From an uncultured virus (IMG/VR IMGVR_UViG_3300032116_000129) (taxonomy: Duplodnaviria; Heunggongvirae; Uroviricota; Caudoviricetes): a DNA stretch of 64,000 bases. The notes under the pieces were generated by a model. The model searched no databases. It worked only from the letters and a program-made list of their open reading frames with translations, and was not told the DNA's origin. Positions 1 through 8,674 of the stretch are shown piece after piece (position 1 is the first letter of the stretch; every line of letters starts with the position of its first letter). The stretch lies in IMG/VR virus record IMGVR_UViG_3300032116_000129; one strand, given 5' to 3'. The position numbers and the translations under genes were made by a program.

Positions 1-1581
1 ATGAGTGTTTTGACCATTACGATGTCCTGGCTTAACCCAATTCTTATATACATGTTTTACTCTTTCTAACAAATCAGATGCAGACTCGTGACGAAGAATA
101 GCTCCTGCAGGTGCTTTTTGTGGAATAGAAATTACTGCAGTGTCGTGTGGACGGAAATATTCATCTTCAATTAATTCTGGATGATAAATAGATAGATAAG
201 TGTAAATTGCTTCATTCTTACCAACTCTAATTCTGCGAACGTAATAATCGTTATGCCAAGCGTGAATACCAGAACTACAACCTAAAGTTAATGAGCTAGT
301 ACCTGCAGGCTTAACGGTTGTTGTTCTTGCAGCGGCATTAATACCTAAGATAGATGCTACTCGAGTATTTTCTTCTTTAACCATTTCAGCTGCTTGAGTC
401 AAATCATATTGCTCAGCTTTACCTGATCCGATACCTGTCATTCCAACTCCAATCAAAGCGTCTTTCTCTGTAGTGCGTTGCCATACTGGACGAAGATAAT
501 GGAAATTGGTATAACCTGCTTGAAGTGTTCCAATTAAAGCAGCTGCCTTAACTCTGGCATTCAAATCTTCTTGAGAAGTAATGTCTGATACATTTACTTC
601 ACAAAGGTTACAGAATTGATATGGACGAAGTGCAATTTCACAACATGGATTAGTTCCCCAATCTTTGTCATTAGATAAATAGATACCAGGCTCGCCTGCT
701 CCAGAAGCTTCAATCTTTTTCCATAGACTCAAGAAAAACTCTTTGGTAATTTTATTACGAAGCAATACTGCCGAGTTATTGGCACGTCCTCTTTGTGGAT
801 TCAATTCCCACCAATTACCTGATTTACAAGAAATCATTTCTTCATCATCCGCAGAGAAAAGAGATATAAGGGCTGCACGACGAATACCGCCAGCAAGTAC
901 AGCGTCAGCAACGTGACAAACGATATCGTGCACTTCAATCGGCGATAATTTTTCTCCAGTTTCTTTTTGACTAAGTATTCCATCAATTTTGATTAAACAT
1001 TCTTTAAGTGGTTGAGGTCCTGGAGCTTTACCACCTGATGTAATCAATCTAGCTCCTTTAGGACGAATATCTGAAAAATCAAAACTGATTGTTGAGCCTC
1101 CTTCGAAGTACGACTTCATTAACATTTTAATTGAGTCGGCCCAGCCCTCAATACTATCACCAATTAAATATCTTCTATTCTTATTGGCATTAGGTTTACG
1201 AATCTCTGGCAATTTATCTACATGATGTCTTTGCACTGAGTATCCTACTCCGGTACCGCCTAATAACAAAAACATAACCTCGCCAAATGCTCTCCAATCG
1301 TCAATAGGAAGATAGGCGCAATTATAGATACGATTAGGCGATATTTCAATTGGCTTACCACCGAATTGCAAACTACGCATTGAAGGCAAAACTTTTTTAT
1401 CGTATACAAATTCATAAGCAGCTTCAATCTCATCTGTGAAATTTGGATACTTTTTCAAATGCATTTCCTTGTTTCGTGTGACTAATTCGTCCCACGTTTC
1501 TCTGCGTTGCAGAACTTCATTGTACCGAGCATACTTCATGTACACGGTTATATCACTTAAGATATTGTTTGATAACTCCAT
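1..1581 (-). CDS. nrdJ: Class II (adenosylcobalamin-dependent) ribonucleotide reductase, partial (runs off the left edge; absent from the ORF track)
   Basis: Manual translation from ATG 1581: MELSNNILSDITVYMKYARY...RRETWDE...VLPSMRSLQFGG...NCAYLPID...LLLGGTGVGYSV...GGIRRAALISL...GEPG...TNPCCEI...CNLCEVN...TTVKPAGTSS, the motif set of monomeric RTPR-type NrdJ. Confidence 0.9.
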   Translation of the reverse strand, partial: MELSNNILSDITVYMKYARYNEVLQRRETWDELVTRNKEMHLKKYPNFTDEIEAAYEFVYDKKVLPSMRSLQFGGKPIEISPNRIYNCAYLPIDDWRAFGEVMFLLLGGTGVGYSVQRHHVDKLPEIRKPNANKNRRYLIGDSIEGWADSIKMLMKSYFEGGSTISFDFSDIRPKGARLITSGGKAPGPQPLKECLIKIDGILSQKETGEKLSPIEVHDIVCHVADAVLAGGIRRAALISLFSADDEEMISCKSGNWWELNPQRGRANNSAVLLRNKITKEFFLSLWKKIEASGAGEPGIYLSNDKDWGTNPCCEIALRPYQFCNLCEVNVSDITSQEDLNARVKAAALIGTLQAGYTNFHYLRPVWQRTTEKDALIGVGMTGIGSGKAEQYDLTQAAEMVKEENTRVASILGINAAARTTTVKPAGTSSLTLGCSSGIHAWHNDYYVRRIRVGKNEAIYTYLSIYHPELIEDEYFRPHDTAVISIPQKAPAGAILRHESASDLLERVKHVYKNWVKPGHRNGQNTH

Positions 1582-1640
1582 TGTTTAATACTTTAAAATG
1601 TTAATATTTTGTTTTCCAGATCCGGATATATAACTATCCA

Positions 1641-3002
1641 TTATCCTAAGGAATCTCCAGAAATTTCTTTATATTTATTCAATAAACTTTTGCGCAATAG
1701 CGACTCGCCATTGTCCATGTCTTTCTTAGTTTCTTTTCCTTGTACAGACGTTTCTTCATAGATATGAATTTGACCATTACTCATATTCATCTTACTAGGA
1801 AGAGTAAGTCCATCAGGACCAAAACGATTTTTAATAATATGCCAACGGCCTGTACCTGCTATCTTATCAGTCACTTTTCTTGACAGTGATAACACGAAGT
1901 CAGCAATCATTACTTTAGAATACGACTCAGATATCTTACCTGCTTCAATAATGTCATCTTCTAATGCACTTCTGTTTGCTTGCGATGCTGTAAATAAGGG
2001 AACTTCATATTCGCCCGCTATACCACGAAGATCTTCATATATAGATTCTAATTCATGTCTCATTTCTTTTCGAGCAACTGAACCTCTTAACAAATCTGCA
2101 TAGTCGACAATTACTAAATCAGGTTTCTTACCTACAAGTATCATCTTTTCAATATGAGCTCGAATTGTGGAACACGACGCTGTCTTTGTTGGATAATACT
2201 TAATAATCAAATTACCTTTTAATTTGCCTACAGTACTTTCTACTTCATCAATATTATACTTTAAGTTTTGATTGGCAATGCCGGTCAATACAGCATCGTA
2301 TCGCTGACCAACATATCCTTCATTTAACTCTAATGTATAATGCACTACATTCAACCCAGCTTTAACTGCATTAGCTCCAACATTAATAAGACCCCATGAT
2401 TTACCAATACCTGCAGGAGCTACAAACACTACTAATTCACCTTTACCAAAACCTCCGTCTGCTAAATCGTTAATAACAGGCCAAGGAGTTGGTATTGTAG
2501 ATCGCACATTATCTTTATATCGATCTGCAACTGACTCGTTATATTCATGCCCAACTTCTTTATCAGCTCCTGCTTTCATAGCTGCATCTATAGTTGCTTT
2601 AATAGAATCGTAATCACCTTTCTTTAACAAATCAACTGAGTCTAAGATTGCTCTTTTAACGCATTGATTTTTACAAAACCCTACCGTTTCTTCTTTTACA
2701 AAATCTAAATCTTGAGACTCTAAAAATTTATAAGAGTCTTTCAACGATTCAATTATAGCAGTCTTTAATACATCTCTATCAATCTCTTGCACCTTAATCT
2801 TAAACACATCTAATGTCGGCGCCGTTGTGTAGTCTTGAAAATACTTTATTGTAGTTTCTACAATCCATTGATTCGACTCTGACTCAAAAAACTCTGGCAA
2901 CAAAATATCAGATACTTGTTGTAAAAAGGCTTTATCAGTTAAAAGAGATGAAATAATTTTTATTTGGAAATTATAACCAAAATTGCTTAATTTATCTGAC
3001 AT
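1641..3002 (-). CDS. Replicative DNA helicase (DnaB/T4 gp41-like)
   Basis: Walker A APAGIGKS, YTLEL, Walker B VIVDYADLL, TASQANR, KNRFG. Confidence 0.93.
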   Translation of the reverse strand: MSDKLSNFGYNFQIKIISSLLTDKAFLQQVSDILLPEFFESESNQWIVETTIKYFQDYTTAPTLDVFKIKVQEIDRDVLKTAIIESLKDSYKFLESQDLDFVKEETVGFCKNQCVKRAILDSVDLLKKGDYDSIKATIDAAMKAGADKEVGHEYNESVADRYKDNVRSTIPTPWPVINDLADGGFGKGELVVFVAPAGIGKSWGLINVGANAVKAGLNVVHYTLELNEGYVGQRYDAVLTGIANQNLKYNIDEVESTVGKLKGNLIIKYYPTKTASCSTIRAHIEKMILVGKKPDLVIVDYADLLRGSVARKEMRHELESIYEDLRGIAGEYEVPLFTASQANRSALEDDIIEAGKISESYSKVMIADFVLSLSRKVTDKIAGTGRWHIIKNRFGPDGLTLPSKMNMSNGQIHIYEETSVQGKETKKDMDNGESLLRKSLLNKYKEISGDSLG

Positions 3003-3005
3003 ACT

Positions 3006-3037
3006 TTAATATATGATATTTGTTTGTAAAATACAAA
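3006..3037 (-). promoter_or_regulatory. Bacteroidota-type promoter TTTG-N20-TATATTAA upstream of the helicase (near-leaderless)
   Basis: Minus strand TTTG (3037-3034), 20 nt, TATATTAA (3013-3006); ATG at 3002. Confidence 0.55.
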
Positions 3038-4099
3038 TTATTCTTTTGAACTATATGCAGCTAACGAATGAAATGTATTGGCTAACCAAGTATCTAAATT
3101 TGGAATAGCTGTATACGCTTTGTCTAACATAAACATTCGTTTGAAGTTGAGTTTATCCAATACTGGAATTGGTCTGTCTGCCATTTCCGCTATCATTAAT
3201 TTAATATGAGCTGAAATGTCTAAATTTCGCAAATCCATTAAATCGTGATTGAGTTTTATAGTAGCTTCGCTATCTACAATCGTTTTATATATCTTATGCT
3301 CATCAATTCGAGCCTTGCAATATTCTAATACATCATGCATATCAACTACATCTGGACCTAATACAGTAGGTATTTTACTTTGTAAAGTTTTAATACCAAC
3401 ACCATTGATGCCTTTGATATTATCTGAAGCGTCACCCATAAATACTTTATAATGTATAAAGTTATGAGCAGGTACTCCAAACTTTTCTAAAACTTCTTTA
3501 GTACTGTAAAATTTCTTTTCAACTGGTCTCCAAATAGAAGTTCGTTCATCTACCAGCTGCATGAAGTCTTTGTCGTCTGACATTATAATTACTTCACTTT
3601 GCTTTGGCTGAAACACTTCAGTAGTTAAATAAGCAATAGCATCGTCAGCTTCAATATTATCAATTGATATCAATGTCATAGGAAGACATTGCAAATATTC
3701 TGCTAATCGACCAAATTGCCATTGCATAGAAGCCAATTCAGTATCTACAGTTTGCTCACCGACGTCATCTCTTCTTCTAAATCGCGTAGACATTACACGA
3801 CCTTCTTTATAACCAGAGTGCATTTTCTTTCTTCTTGCTGAACCTCCTTTACCGTCAAACACAATAATACATCTAGTTGGTTTAAATTGTCGAATTACAG
3901 CTCCAATTGATTTCATGAAGCCTGTCAATCCTCCAATATGTTCTCCATCGTCATTAACAGATGGGACTGCACTAAAGACTCGAATAAAAGAATTCAGGCC
4001 ATCAACAATTAACACCTTACTGTCTTTGTCTAGGCCTGAATTTCCTTTTTCGTGGTCTTCGCGAATTTGTCTTAATAATTCAGCGTAACCTTTGTTCAT
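3038..4099 (-). CDS. 5'-3' exonuclease / flap endonuclease (T4 RNase H / PolI 5'-nuclease family)
   Basis: LIVDGLN, VFDGKGGSARR..Y K, EADDAIA, SDDKDFMQL, GDASDNIKGINGVGIKT (H3TH). Confidence 0.92.
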   Translation of the reverse strand: MNKGYAELLRQIREDHEKGNSGLDKDSKVLIVDGLNSFIRVFSAVPSVNDDGEHIGGLTGFMKSIGAVIRQFKPTRCIIVFDGKGGSARRKKMHSGYKEGRVMSTRFRRRDDVGEQTVDTELASMQWQFGRLAEYLQCLPMTLISIDNIEADDAIAYLTTEVFQPKQSEVIIMSDDKDFMQLVDERTSIWRPVEKKFYSTKEVLEKFGVPAHNFIHYKVFMGDASDNIKGINGVGIKTLQSKIPTVLGPDVVDMHDVLEYCKARIDEHKIYKTIVDSEATIKLNHDLMDLRNLDISAHIKLMIAEMADRPIPVLDKLNFKRMFMLDKAYTAIPNLDTWLANTFHSLAAYSSKE

Positions 4100-4102
4100 A
4101 AC

Positions 4103-5251
4103 TTACGATTCTTCGTTTTCAAATTCTGTTTCAATTTTAATATCATCGATACCAAAATCTTCTCCAGCTCTATAAGTAAGAATATACTTATCACATATTG
4201 CTTTGTATACCTTATCACGCATTGCAGGATCGTCCATCAATTTACTTTGAAAGTCCTTTGATTGGAATTTGATCATTTCACCAGTCTCTGTATCAGTATA
4301 TGTATACCATGCACCGGCTTGCGTAACTAAATTATACTCTTTTAGCATTGTCAACCAACTTCCGAAGTCGTCAATACCTGAATCAAAATAAATGTCGTAG
4401 TCTACGCTGCGCAAGGGAGGCCCCATACGATTTTTAACTACTTGAGCTCGAGTTGTAATTCCTAAAATTTCATCTCGGCCATCTACTTTCATTTTAATTT
4501 GTCCTACTGACTTTAAACGAAGCCTAACTGAAGAGTGAAATGCAATTGCCTTTCCTCCCGAGGTAGTCCATTGGTCTCCAAACGATACACCTAAACGAGT
4601 ACGTAACTGATTGGTAAAGATTAAACAAATACGAGACCTACCAACGAAGTTAGTAATCTTACGCATTGCCTTGGATAGAATAATAGCTTTACTAGTAGCC
4701 CATCCGTCTTTATCATAATCAGCTGCCATCTCTTGTTTAGTGGATGCACCTGCAACCGAGTCAACTACTATAGTTACCAATCTATCTTTAGATCCTTTTC
4801 TAACAGATTCAACAATGCTATCAATAGCATCGAATATGTCTTCAATAGTTTCCAAAGGGACATATAACATATCCTTTAGATTGATACCAATAGCTTCTAG
4901 AAATTCTCTAGAGATTGCGTTTTCAGTGTCAATATAAACTGCTAGCCCGCCTTTACGTTGAGTATCGGCTAGGGCATGAGCAGCTAATAATGATTTACCT
5001 GAAGCTTCTAATCCAGTAATTTCAATAATTCGGCCAACAGGAAGTCCACCATTAGGTCTATTAGCGATTGCTAAATCTAACATAGTTGATCCTGTCGATA
5101 TCCACTCAGTCACATCTGACGGTGAATCAGAATCTCCTTCTAGAAAATAAGCAACTTTATAATTAGAACTCTTAAACTTTTTGTTTAGGTTCTCTGCTAG
5201 CACGGACGCTAAGTCGTCCTGTACCACAGCTTCCTGTACTTTCTTTGCCAT
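4103..5251 (-). CDS. recA: RecA-family recombinase
   Basis: ISTGSTMLDLAI, GGLPVGRIIEITGLEASGKS (Walker A), YIDTEN, VVDSVA, IFTNQLR, GGKAIAFHSSVRL, VVKNRMGPP. Confidence 0.93.
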   Translation of the reverse strand: MAKKVQEAVVQDDLASVLAENLNKKFKSSNYKVAYFLEGDSDSPSDVTEWISTGSTMLDLAIANRPNGGLPVGRIIEITGLEASGKSLLAAHALADTQRKGGLAVYIDTENAISREFLEAIGINLKDMLYVPLETIEDIFDAIDSIVESVRKGSKDRLVTIVVDSVAGASTKQEMAADYDKDGWATSKAIILSKAMRKITNFVGRSRICLIFTNQLRTRLGVSFGDQWTTSGGKAIAFHSSVRLRLKSVGQIKMKVDGRDEILGITTRAQVVKNRMGPPLRSVDYDIYFDSGIDDFGSWLTMLKEYNLVTQAGAWYTYTDTETGEMIKFQSKDFQSKLMDDPAMRDKVYKAICDKYILTYRAGEDFGIDDIKIETEFENEES

Positions 5252-5253
5252 AA

Positions 5254-6033
5254 TTACTTATTAAATAATGAATCAAATGCTGACGCAACGTCATCGACAT
5301 TGGCTACCGGAGCAGCTTCTTCGATACCAGCTTTATTTGAATTGCTAGCCTTTGCAGGCGCCGCTTCTTCTGCTGGAGCGTTTTCTGGATCTAACCAATT
5401 ATGAAGCATTTTGGTCATTTCTTCATAAGAGTGTTCTTTAAACAAATCAGTGATTTTAGGTTGGTTAGCCAACTTCTCTAATATTGATTTATTATCAGTT
5501 ACTGGAGTTTGGTTAGGCTTAACACGGATTGACGTCTCTGGATAAGACTTACCGGTTTGATCTGCAGCTTTAAATTCAACTGCGATGTCACGTCCTGACA
5601 TTGGATCTGTAATATCACCGTAGTCTGGATCTGCAATAAATCCTAACAACTCTTGATATACTGATTTACCGAATCCCCAAAACTTAACACCTTCAGATTC
5701 CTTTCCACGGATAATAATAGGAACATAACAACGCATTGTTGGTTCTAATTTTTTACCTGCTTTCCAATCATCAGAATTACCTGTCGATTTCAACTTCTCT
5801 CCAAACTCAACGATTGGGTCAGGACGACCAAATGACATTGGGGATAGGATAGACTTACCACCGAAGTTATAATGAAAATAAAGTTCTAGGAATGGATTCT
5901 CTCTGTTGTGTTGATAAGGGACAATTCTTACAACTTGAGTGCCTGGTTCAGGCTTCCATAAATTGTTTTGTTTGCTCGTTGTGTTTTGTAACGAATTGAG
6001 CTTTTGCTTGATAGCGTCTAAATTAATAGCCAT
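5254..6033 (-). CDS. Single-stranded DNA-binding protein (T4 gp32-like)
   Basis: WKP...VRIVP...PF.ELYFHY, GVKFWGFGKSVY, DITDP..GRD, acidic tail (DDVASAFDSLF); adjacent to recA. Confidence 0.85.
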   Translation of the reverse strand: MAINLDAIKQKLNSLQNTTSKQNNLWKPEPGTQVVRIVPYQHNRENPFLELYFHYNFGGKSILSPMSFGRPDPIVEFGEKLKSTGNSDDWKAGKKLEPTMRCYVPIIIRGKESEGVKFWGFGKSVYQELLGFIADPDYGDITDPMSGRDIAVEFKAADQTGKSYPETSIRVKPNQTPVTDNKSILEKLANQPKITDLFKEHSYEEMTKMLHNWLDPENAPAEEAAPAKASNSNKAGIEEAAPVANVDDVASAFDSLFNK

Positions 6034-6044
6034 GTTTTTAAAAA

Positions 6045-6086
6045 TTTAATTGTTAATGAATAATTAATAATTAGCAATTGGCAATG
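6045..6086 (-). repeat. Six phased 7-nt units (MATT-NNN) in the SSB 5' leader
   Basis: Minus strand: CATTGCC AATTGCT AATTATT AATTATT CATTAAC AATTAAA then TTTTTAA AAAC ATG. Confidence 0.6.
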
Positions 6087-6139
6087 AAATGATATCTGTC
6101 TAGAATAATAACATTACATTTACAACAACTAATGTAACC

Positions 6140-6171
6140 TAAATATAGAAAACTCTTTTACAAGTTCCTAA
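6140..6171 (-). promoter_or_regulatory. Bacteroidota-type promoter TTAG-N20-TATATTTA upstream of ssb
   Basis: TTAG (6171-6168), 20 nt, TATATTTA (6147-6140); same spacing as the sites at 3006 and 7969. Confidence 0.55.
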
Positions 6172-6179
6172 TACTTTTA

Positions 6180-6188
6180 TATAAATAT
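6180..6188 (-). promoter_or_regulatory. Putative late promoter ATATTTATA
   Basis: Recurrent intergenic motif; upstream of ssb. Confidence 0.5.
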
Positions 6189-6189
6189 G

Positions 6190-6573
6190 TTACAAATTAA
6201 TAATTTGATATACTTTCGTTTGAAGTTTTCTCAACTCATTATTAGATGTAACTAATAAACAATTTGCATACTTTGACCAATCAACTGAATATTTTGGATC
6301 AACAACTCCTCCATTCTCACTGCGAATCAAAGCGTTTAATGAATTAATAGTGTACAATGTATTCGTTTCTTTTTTACGATGCACTAACATTGCGGAAGGC
6401 AATTGTTTACGTTGCAATTCCTTTTCAACATTAAAGCTACACACTAATTCATCACTATCTGTAATAGATAAAACAAACACCCTGTTATATATTACTGTGT
6501 AAGTTTTGGATATCATAGTAACTGTATGATCCAATTCTTCTTCCGTGGTAAATAGACAAATTAATTGTAACAA
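6190..6573 (-). CDS. Hypothetical protein (TTG start)
   Basis: 127-aa ORF filling the gap between polymerase and ssb; preceded by the ATATTTAT motif at 6594-6602. Confidence 0.7.
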   Translation of the reverse strand: MLQLICLFTTEEELDHTVTMISKTYTVIYNRVFVLSITDSDELVCSFNVEKELQRKQLPSAMLVHRKKETNTLYTINSLNALIRSENGGVVDPKYSVDWSKYANCLLVTSNNELRKLQTKVYQIINL

Positions 6574-6603
6574 GGTATCTCAATATTTTCATAAATAAAT
6601 ATC

Positions 6604-7956
6604 TTAAAATTTTCTTTCTACGTTAATCATTGCGTGATAATCAGGGCCTATTTGCAACTTAACTGGAAACTTTCCATTTTGTTCCAATTCCTGCTTGATC
6701 ATATATATAAAATCTGCACCGTCAGACTTATTAAAATCCCATAAGAAACTGTCATAGGTATAAAGTATCAGCTTCGAAGAGAACGACTGTGTACGTAGAA
6801 GTATGTTATGAATTACGGCCATGTTCCTCTCAGTTTCAAAAGCTTGTAATAAATAGTTTAACAGCTTAGATGCATTTAAATCGTTAAAGAAGCTGCTAAA
6901 CAGCTTACGACCAAACATAGGAGTTTCAATATACCCTTCGTCATTAAACTGCTTCCATATCAATTTAGTGTATTCATTTACTTGTGCAAAGAACGGAATA
7001 ACTAAATAGTCAGATTGTATACCTCCATATAATTGCTTAAAACTAATTGTCTTTGACTCGTTATACTCTTCCTCTGTTAACGTTTCTTTTTGAAAGTAAT
7101 ACTTACCTAAATGCTCATGCACTGACACGTTGTCAGGGAACTTATAATCAATCAACGAAGCTAGCAATCGTAAGTGATACGCATCGTAGTCAAACTGCAT
7201 CATAAATCCTTGCTCACCAAATCTAGATATAAATGACGCTCTTGAAGTGTCGTCTTTATTTAACGCTGCGTAATTAATACCTCCGTATCTATTAGAAGGT
7301 CTTCCTGTCGTAGTATAGCAATTGTATTCTGTATACGCATATCCATTATAAATTATACCGTTAGGAAATTTATTTTGATATTGTGTTTGATGTACAAACA
7401 TACCATTACGCTCTATTTGAAAGTAATTTTCTAACATTAAATTGTCATACGATGCAAATGAGGCTTCTTCGTGATAGTAATCGTATGCGTCTAAAAATGC
7501 TTGAGATATTTTTTGTGATCGCTCAATATGCTTACTAATAGGAATAATAGTATTTAAGTTTGCAAACTTACTAAACTGCCGAGTAAAGTGTTCGTGTGCG
7601 TTTGTATCAAAGTCGTCTACTATAGGTTCGTTATTATGAAAATACTGAACCATATCCATATCAATAATGTTAGTTCTATTTAAAGCAGTTTTGAATTTTT
7701 TCTTTCCATACACAAACTGTTTATTACTTTCAGGAAACTCTTGCAGTAAATCAACTGGCAATTTCAATCCTTCTGTGTGATTGAATACTATCATATACTC
7801 TTCATCTCTCATTAACACGTACACGTATAATACTGAAAGAGTATCAATGTAAACTGGCTGATTGCCATTGCAATAGGTAGGAACTAATATCCAATCGTAA
7901 GAACTACATTCGCTTATAAACTGATTGTATTCGGATATCGTTTCAATAATTTTCAT
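6604..7956 (-). CDS. Divergent, short family-A (PolI-like) polymerase
   Basis: TTTGRPSN, motif A FDYDAYHLRLLA, motif B SKTISFKQLYG, TPMFGR, LNYLLQ, motif C YTYDSFLWD, FPVKLQIG; no recognisable 3'-5' exonuclease motifs. Confidence 0.8.
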   Translation of the reverse strand: MKIIETISEYNQFISECSSYDWILVPTYCNGNQPVYIDTLSVLYVYVLMRDEEYMIVFNHTEGLKLPVDLLQEFPESNKQFVYGKKKFKTALNRTNIIDMDMVQYFHNNEPIVDDFDTNAHEHFTRQFSKFANLNTIIPISKHIERSQKISQAFLDAYDYYHEEASFASYDNLMLENYFQIERNGMFVHQTQYQNKFPNGIIYNGYAYTEYNCYTTTGRPSNRYGGINYAALNKDDTSRASFISRFGEQGFMMQFDYDAYHLRLLASLIDYKFPDNVSVHEHLGKYYFQKETLTEEEYNESKTISFKQLYGGIQSDYLVIPFFAQVNEYTKLIWKQFNDEGYIETPMFGRKLFSSFFNDLNASKLLNYLLQAFETERNMAVIHNILLRTQSFSSKLILYTYDSFLWDFNKSDGADFIYMIKQELEQNGKFPVKLQIGPDYHAMINVERKF

Positions 7957-7968
7957 AACTTACATTAG

Positions 7969-8000
7969 TAAATATATAATCTAAATTACAAAAAACCAAA
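7969..8000 (-). promoter_or_regulatory. Bacteroidota-type promoter TTTG-N20-TATATTTA at the start of the replication block
   Basis: TTTG (8000-7997), 20 nt, TATATTTA (7976-7969); ATG at 7956. Confidence 0.6.
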
Positions 8001-8011
8001 TATTCTTACGA

Positions 8012-8674
8012 CTATTTTGGTAAATACAAATCTTTAATTGATTGTGGCGTTACCTTACTGTATATTGTTACTTCAGTAAAATCAGTTAAAAATTCTGCTA
8101 ATCCTGGATAGTCATTGTTTTTCAATTGCACCATTCGTAGATTAGTGTCGTATACTCCAAAAACTTTTATAACACCATTATCATCTTTTACGTCACGTAA
8201 CGGTCCTGTTAGTTTCCAATACATCTCAATTCCATCGTATAGCGTTTCGTCAATTCCAAAATTACGTTTTCTCCAAAGTTTAAATTGATCTAAATCAACT
8301 TCGATTATATCTGCTCGGTTATTGTAATTTCTTTTACGAAGAATGTATCGCGTCATAAATCCTTCTGCATAATCGTTTTCATCAGGTAAAGGATAACGAT
8401 ATCGAGGAGCAAACCTAGGCACTGTTGGAAATCTGCTAGCATCGATTAATTGTTTATAAACTCTGTTATACGGCTGAACTACTTGATCAACGTAAGGTAT
8501 TAATTTTTTAGATTCTGATTTACTAAATACAGCTCCTGACATTACAAGCCCTTCAATGTATTTATGATAGTATCCTATATATTCAGTACCGTCTTCAAAC
8601 ATCCATTCTTTTCCATTCGTTATTAAATTATTAACGATGTGTGATTTAGGATAATATATTTTTCTTCTACTCAT
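8012..8674 (-). CDS. Hypothetical protein, probably baseplate-associated
   Basis: 220-aa ORF translationally coupled to the hub-like gene upstream (1-nt overlap). Confidence 0.6.
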   Translation of the reverse strand: MSRRKIYYPKSHIVNNLITNGKEWMFEDGTEYIGYYHKYIEGLVMSGAVFSKSESKKLIPYVDQVVQPYNRVYKQLIDASRFPTVPRFAPRYRYPLPDENDYAEGFMTRYILRKRNYNNRADIIEVDLDQFKLWRKRNFGIDETLYDGIEMYWKLTGPLRDVKDDNGVIKVFGVYDTNLRMVQLKNNDYPGLAEFLTDFTEVTIYSKVTPQSIKDLYLPK

